A DNA stretch of 64,000 nucleotides from Ilumatobacteraceae bacterium (GTDB lineage Bacteria; Actinomycetota; Acidimicrobiia; Acidimicrobiales; Ilumatobacteraceae): contig JBEVOM010000150.1 of the NCBI GenBank assembly GCA_040507575.1, positions 472 to 64,471 of the forward strand, written 5' to 3'. This document shows positions 58,400 through 64,000 of the stretch, in pieces. Both the position numbers and the translations under genes were made by a program. Under the pieces are notes generated by a model that worked only from the letters and a program-made list of their open reading frames with translations, had not been told where the DNA came from and did not search any database. Each line of letters starts with the position of its first letter. The stretch's first letter is position 1.

Positions 58400-60475
58400 G
58401 TGACGACCTACGCCCTCCTCGTCGGCATCGATGCCTACGACCCGCCGATGCCGCCCCTCTTCGGATGCCGCAACGACATCGAGGCGCTCGCCGAACTGCT
58501 GCGCAACCGCAGCGGTCGGCCGCTGGACCTGCGGCTGCTGCTCGACGCGGAGGCCACCCGCGACGCCGTCGTCGAGGCGTTCCGAGCCCACCTCGGCCAG
58601 GCCGGACCGGACGACGTCGCGCTGTTCGCATATGCGGGACACGGCAGCGAGGAGCCGGCCCCGCCGGAGGTCGCCGACGTCGAGCCGACGGGCCGGATCC
58701 AGACGCTGATCCTCCATGACTGCAACCGCCGCGTCGGCGGGAAGTTGCGCCGGGCGCTCGCCGACAAGGAGCTGGCGCTGCTGCTCGCCGAGGTGTCGCA
58801 GAGCGGAGCCCACGTCGTCGTCATCCTCGACTGCTGCCACGCGGGTGGTGGGACCCGCGATCCGTTCGTGCGGACCCGCGGCTGGGTGCCCGACGCCGAC
58901 GTCGCCGACCCGTCGCTCCGTGAGCTGGTCGAGGCGATGGGCACCGCTCGCGCCTCGAACGAGTTCATGCCCGGCGCGATGGACATGTGGCGCGCTCCGC
59001 GTCCGCCCCACGTCGCGATCGCCGCCTGTCGGTCGTACGAGACGGCGAAGGAGCATCCCGTCGGTCGCGTCACCCGCGGCGTGTTCTCGATGGCCCTGGT
59101 CGAGTCGCTCCAAGCGCTCGTCCACCAGCCGACGTACCGATCGCTGCTGGCGGCGGTGCGGGCCCGCGTCGAGCGGTCCACCGATCAGCAACGGCCCGAG
59201 TTGTTCCCCCTCGATGTCGGCGGCGCGGGCGACGGGCTCGTCCTCGACGGCACGATCGTCCCGGTCCCGCCGTCGTTCACGATGCGCCGCAGCACGGACG
59301 GTCGGGACGACGGCTGGGAGGTCGACGCCGGGCTGGTGCACGGTCTGCGGGACGCGGTCGGCGACGACGCGTTCGTGCTGGCCTGCACCGCGCCCGACGG
59401 GGCCGCGGCCGGCACCGCGGTCGTCGTCGCGGTCGACGTCGGGCGATCCCGCGTCGACCCTGTCGGGTGGACTCCGCTCGACGTCGCCTATCGGGCGGTC
59501 GTCGCCGACGTCCCGCTGGCGCCGGCGGAGATCCGCTTCGACGACGGCGTGGGCGACGCGACCCGCGATCTCGTCATGGGCGCCGTCCGGACGGCCGGGC
59601 CGGGCGGCGGCCCGTCGCCCTTCGTGCGCATCGCGAGCGGGATCGGCGACGGCGACGAGGTCGGGCGGGCGGGCGCGCCCGCGCCGCTGATCCTGCGAGT
59701 CGCCGAGCCCGATGCCGGTCGCGCCACGATCGCCCGCGCCGACGGACGTCCGGTCACCGCGGCCATCGACGATGTGACGGCGGTCGGTGGCGGGGCCCGC
59801 CTGCTCGTGGCGCGGCTCGAACACGTCTCGCGGTGGGAGCAGATCCGTCGCCTCGCCGACCACCCCGCTCCGCTCGCCGACGCGGTCGAGCTGCTCGTGT
59901 ACGCGGCCGGCGACGACGAGGCCCGGCGACCCGAGTCACGGGCGCCGCTCGCTCCAGACGCCGGCTACGAGCTCGCGTACCGTCCCGGCTCGGGCGGATC
60001 GTGGGTCGCGCCCCGCGTGTTCCTGGAGCTGCGCAACCGCCATGGGCGTGACCTCTACGTCGCCGTCCTCGACCTCACCGACCGCTTCCGGTGCCACGCC
60101 GTGCTGCCGACGGAGCTGGTCACCGCCGGGCACGACCTCGCGCTGTGGTCCGGGGCCCCGATCCCCGTGGAGCTGCCGAGCGGACGTGCGGTCGTCTCCG
60201 GTTCCTCGGCGACGGACTGGTTGTTGGTCGTCGTCAGCGCGGTCGACTTCGACGCCACCACGTTCGACCTCGGCGCGCTCGACGACCCGGTGAGACGGTC
60301 GGCGGCCGGGCGGTCGATGCCCCGCAACGCGATCGAGCGGCTGGCCACCAAGGCCCTCCGGCGCGACGTCGGGGCTCCCGTGCTGTCCGGTGACGCGGCG
60401 GGATGGGCGGCGACAGCCGTCGCCGTGGAGGTCCGGGTCCCGGACCAGACCGTCAGTAGCGGCCCTCGACCGTGA
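58400..60475 (+). CDS. caspase-like peptidase C14 domain protein with ~540-aa uncharacterised C-terminal region (DUF4384-like end)
   Basis: YALLVGIDAY start, FAYAGHGS (His codon 58640-58642) and ILDCCHAGG (Cys codon 58835-58837) form the His/Cys dyad. The C-terminal DLYVAVLDLTDRF...LLVVVS segment resembles DUF4384. Starts 25 nt after the lipase stop. Confidence 0.85.
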   Translation: MTTYALLVGIDAYDPPMPPLFGCRNDIEALAELLRNRSGRPLDLRLLLDAEATRDAVVEAFRAHLGQAGPDDVALFAYAGHGSEEPAPPEVADVEPTGRIQTLILHDCNRRVGGKLRRALADKELALLLAEVSQSGAHVVVILDCCHAGGGTRDPFVRTRGWVPDADVADPSLRELVEAMGTARASNEFMPGAMDMWRAPRPPHVAIAACRSYETAKEHPVGRVTRGVFSMALVESLQALVHQPTYRSLLAAVRARVERSTDQQRPELFPLDVGGAGDGLVLDGTIVPVPPSFTMRRSTDGRDDGWEVDAGLVHGLRDAVGDDAFVLACTAPDGAAAGTAVVVAVDVGRSRVDPVGWTPLDVAYRAVVADVPLAPAEIRFDDGVGDATRDLVMGAVRTAGPGGGPSPFVRIASGIGDGDEVGRAGAPAPLILRVAEPDAGRATIARADGRPVTAAIDDVTAVGGGARLLVARLEHVSRWEQIRRLADHPAPLADAVELLVYAAGDDEARRPESRAPLAPDAGYELAYRPGSGGSWVAPRVFLELRNRHGRDLYVAVLDLTDRFRCHAVLPTELVTAGHDLALWSGAPIPVELPSGRAVVSGSSATDWLLVVVSAVDFDATTFDLGALDDPVRRSAAGRSMPRNAIERLATKALRRDVGAPVLSGDAAGWAATAVAVEVRVPDQTVSSGPRP

Positions 60476-61673
60476 CGGTCAGCTTGATCTGGCCGGCCTC
60501 CCAGATCGGGCCGCGGGCATCCTGCAGGCCGAGCCAGCTGACGAGCGTGTCCTGGTCGCTGACCCGCAGGCGGGCGCAGCCATGGCTCGCCGGGGACGTC
60601 GGCACCGAGTTCGCGCCGTGGATGGCCTGGCCGGCATCGAAGTACAGCGGCTTGTACATGTTCCCGTTCAGCGGGTTGTCGGCGGCGACCGGGTAGTCGA
60701 TGCTGTCGTGCCACCCACCGTTGTTGCGGGCAGGGTCGAACCGGAAGACACGGGAGGCCTCCTGGTCCCGGGTCGGGAAGCTGGCCTGGCCGGTCGACGT
60801 GCCGAAGACGTACACGAGCGTCGCGCCGTCGCCCACGAACATGACCTGGCACGTCTGGTCGATCAGCGCCCACTTGCCGGCGGCGATCGGCGCGCCGGCC
60901 GGGATGGGCAGGCCGGAGGCTTGCATCAACGCCGCCTCCTCCATCGATCCGACCTCCATGTCGGTGCGGTTGACCGGCAGGCCGAGTGCGACGCGGGCGG
61001 CGCACAGCTGCTGCTCGGTGAGCCGGCCGGACTGACCGTCGACGCTCAACGCGGCGATCCCGTAGCCCGTGAACAACTCGTTGAGCTTCTGCTGCTGGGC
61101 CTCGACGCCGGAGAACCCGGCCGGTGCCGAGCCGGTCGGCGGCGGCGGCACGACGACCGGGACCGTCGTCGGCGGCGCCGTTGTCGGCGGGACCCGCGGG
61201 CCGCCGTTGACGTCGTCGATGCCGTTGTCGATGCAGATGTCGAGGACGGCGCCGGCGTTGATGACGTTGGGGTCGTCGATGCCGTTCTCCCGCTGGATGC
61301 CGTCGAGCGTGACCGCCGGGTCGCCGATGCGGGCGACGATGGCGTTCAACGAGTCTCCCGGAGCAACCTCGAGCGTGCAGGTGACCGCGGCGACGGTGGT
61401 CGTGGTCTCAGGCGTCGACGTGGTGGTGGTGGTCGTCGACTCGGCCGTCGTCGTCGGGGCGACGGTCGTCGCGGTCGTCGGCGGCGCGGTGGTCGTCGGC
61501 GGCGCGGTGGTCGACGCCGCCGTGCTCGGTGGATCCGTCGCGGCCACGGGATCGGTCGTCGGTTCGATCGTGACCGGCGCGACCGTCGTCGGTGAGGCGT
61601 CGTCGTCGGCCGACGAGCAGGCGGCGATGGCCACCAGGCCGGCCGCGAAGGCGACGACGAGAGGTGTGCGCAC
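60453..61673 (-). CDS. L,D-transpeptidase lipoprotein with LysM-like and PG-binding-like modules
   Basis: Lipobox-like LVAIAAC, a Thr/Pro-rich linker, a LysM-like segment (VAPGDSLNAIVARIG), and the YkuD catalytic motif IHG...SHGCARL. GTG at 61673. The 3' end overlaps the caspase gene by 23 nt. Confidence 0.85.
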   Translation of the reverse strand: MRTPLVVAFAAGLVAIAACSSADDDASPTTVAPVTIEPTTDPVAATDPPSTAASTTAPPTTTAPPTTATTVAPTTTAESTTTTTTSTPETTTTVAAVTCTLEVAPGDSLNAIVARIGDPAVTLDGIQRENGIDDPNVINAGAVLDICIDNGIDDVNGGPRVPPTTAPPTTVPVVVPPPPTGSAPAGFSGVEAQQQKLNELFTGYGIAALSVDGQSGRLTEQQLCAARVALGLPVNRTDMEVGSMEEAALMQASGLPIPAGAPIAAGKWALIDQTCQVMFVGDGATLVYVFGTSTGQASFPTRDQEASRVFRFDPARNNGGWHDSIDYPVAADNPLNGNMYKPLYFDAGQAIHGANSVPTSPASHGCARLRVSDQDTLVSWLGLQDARGPIWEAGQIKLTVTVEGRY

Positions 61674-61742
61674 TGCCCAAACGTACGCGCGCCCCGCTCG
61701 GATTTTCGGTCATGCCGCGTGTCGCCGGGCGGCCCGGCGGCG

Positions 61743-62822
61743 TCACGCCTCCCAGTGCAACCAGTACCCGTGGGGGTGGGCGACACCGATGTGGGTGACG
61801 TGCCGCCGACCGCCGCGCCACCGCACGAGCACCAGTTCGGTGGCCGATCGGGTCGGATCGGCGACCGGGAGCTCCGGCACCAGCGCTCCGCTCTCGGCGA
61901 ACACCCACGACGCATCGCGCTGCGCGCCGAGCTCGTCGAGGGCGGCCAGGTAGGCGGTGCGCTGGGCCCCGCTCAGGTAGTTCAGGACCCACGTGTTCGT
62001 GACGACGGGGTGCGCGGTCATGCCCGCGGCCAGCCCGGCCGTGTCGGTCACGGCGTCGCCCGTGCGGATGTCGGCGTCGGCCGACAGGGCCATCTCGAGC
62101 GCGGCGTGGAGGCGTTCGAAGCGGTCCGTCTGGTCCGGCCACACGCACGCCTCGAGCCAGCGACGCCGATCGGGGTCGTGGATGTCGACCGGGGCGCGGT
62201 CGAGTCCCATCCGCTCGGCGATGACGGGAATGGACGTCGGGATCGGAACGCTGCCGCGAGTCCCGCACACGAGCTCGACGGGTGACGGGTCCCCGACCGG
62301 GCCGCCGGGCTCGTAGGTGTAGTGGTACCTGTCCAACAAGAGGTTCAACCCGGCGCTCGTGCCCACGTCGAGGTGGGCGAGCGGGCCGACCTCTTCGTAC
62401 AGCAGCCCGAGCACGGGAAGGAGCAACGCGCAGCGCCCGATCTCGTTGGTCTGGGTGCTGCGGGTCGCCAACAGCTCGACGAGCTCGTCGTGGTGGGCGA
62501 CGCAGAACGCCCGCAGGGCCGGCGCCGGGTCGCCGAGCTCGGGCGCCGGCGTCAGGTTCGGGTAGTGGGCAGCGAGGTCGCCGTCGACACCGCCGGTGCG
62601 GTCGGCGGCCAACAGCAGGGCGTGCACGGAGGCGAAGAAGAGCACCGGCTGGCGCTGGTGGACCGGACTGTGCAAGAGCAGGCCGGCGAGCTCGGGGTCG
62701 AGAGCCAGCCCCTCCGACATCCGCGTGTACAGCGGGGCCCGGGTGGCCGTGCTGGTGGCGAAGTCGGCGAACATCCGAGCGCACCCGGCGTCGTCGATCG
62801 GTGGGGCCGCCGCCTCGGTCAC
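61743..62822 (-). CDS. DUF2332-like protein
   Basis: 359 aa with normal composition. YTRMSEGLA...LLHS...QPVLFFASVHALLL and TNEIGRCALLLP segments match my recollection of DUF2332. Confidence 0.75.
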   Translation of the reverse strand: MTEAAAPPIDDAGCARMFADFATSTATRAPLYTRMSEGLALDPELAGLLLHSPVHQRQPVLFFASVHALLLAADRTGGVDGDLAAHYPNLTPAPELGDPAPALRAFCVAHHDELVELLATRSTQTNEIGRCALLLPVLGLLYEEVGPLAHLDVGTSAGLNLLLDRYHYTYEPGGPVGDPSPVELVCGTRGSVPIPTSIPVIAERMGLDRAPVDIHDPDRRRWLEACVWPDQTDRFERLHAALEMALSADADIRTGDAVTDTAGLAAGMTAHPVVTNTWVLNYLSGAQRTAYLAALDELGAQRDASWVFAESGALVPELPVADPTRSATELVLVRWRGGRRHVTHIGVAHPHGYWLHWEA

Positions 62823-62875
62823 GGCTGGAACGTACTGCGAACCGATCGGTGGCGCCGATCCCGACCCGTGCCAAC

Positions 62876-64000
<1,125 letters not shown>

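Noticed and set aside
61400-61560. CRISPR-like or minisatellite array, suggested by repeated GGTGGTCGTCGGCGGCGCG-type units.
   Set aside because: The units are contiguous with no spacers. They lie inside the Ldt coding frame and translate to a Thr/Pro/Ala low-complexity linker.
56477-62875. Classic mobile genomic island (integrase, tRNA target, direct repeats, GC shift) for the mpg-tyrS insertion.
   Set aside because: I found no integrase, transposase or recombinase motifs, no tRNA and no flanking direct repeats. Base composition looks like the rest of the window by eye. It is kept only as a synteny-based accessory region in the findings.

Overview
High-GC (~70%+) actinobacterial chromosomal window, almost entirely core housekeeping genes, mostly on the + strand and often translationally coupled (ATGA/GTGA overlaps). 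Gene order as I read it: partial guaB-like, cmk, plsC-like, M18 aminopeptidase, pyk, mobA, rhodanese, rnd, orphan parA-like, alaS-ruvX-mltG-aroE-aroC-aroK-aroB-aroQ-M24 peptidase-efp-nusB, DUF2079 membrane protein, pyrR-pyrB-pyrC-carA-carB-pyrD, mihF-gmk-rpoZ-coaBC-metK-priA, methyltransferase, def-fmt, mog/moaB-like, MTHFR-like, hisG, CSD-like, ATL, DUF1844, infC-rpmI-rplT, an interrupted trmH-family gene, pheS-pheT, argC-argB-argD-argF-argR-argH, mpg and partial tyrS. I saw no rRNA, tRNA, CRISPR array, transposase or integrase. The one clearly accessory stretch is ~6.4 kb between mpg and tyrS (56.5-62.9 kb). It holds a small peptidoglycan-binding ORF with an apparent frameshift, a signal-less LCAT-type lipase directly followed by a caspase-like (peptidase C14) protease with a long uncharacterised C-terminal region, then an L,D-transpeptidase lipoprotein and a DUF2332 protein. 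I consider the lipase + caspase pair the best candidate for an undescribed protease-controlled membrane-attack or cell-death module, but this is inference from motifs only. Other points worth a second look: a ~65-70 bp palindromic repeat present twice in inverted orientation (one copy supplies the fmt stop codon), tandem ARG-box operators at argC and inside the pyr operon at carA, an arg cluster lacking argJ and argG, an in-frame TAA in the trmH-family gene, a forced non-canonical infC start, a PyrR-type hairpin over the pyrR ribosome-binding site, and a 17-bp perfect hairpin between argF and argR. All calls come from reading motifs by eye. No database search was run.
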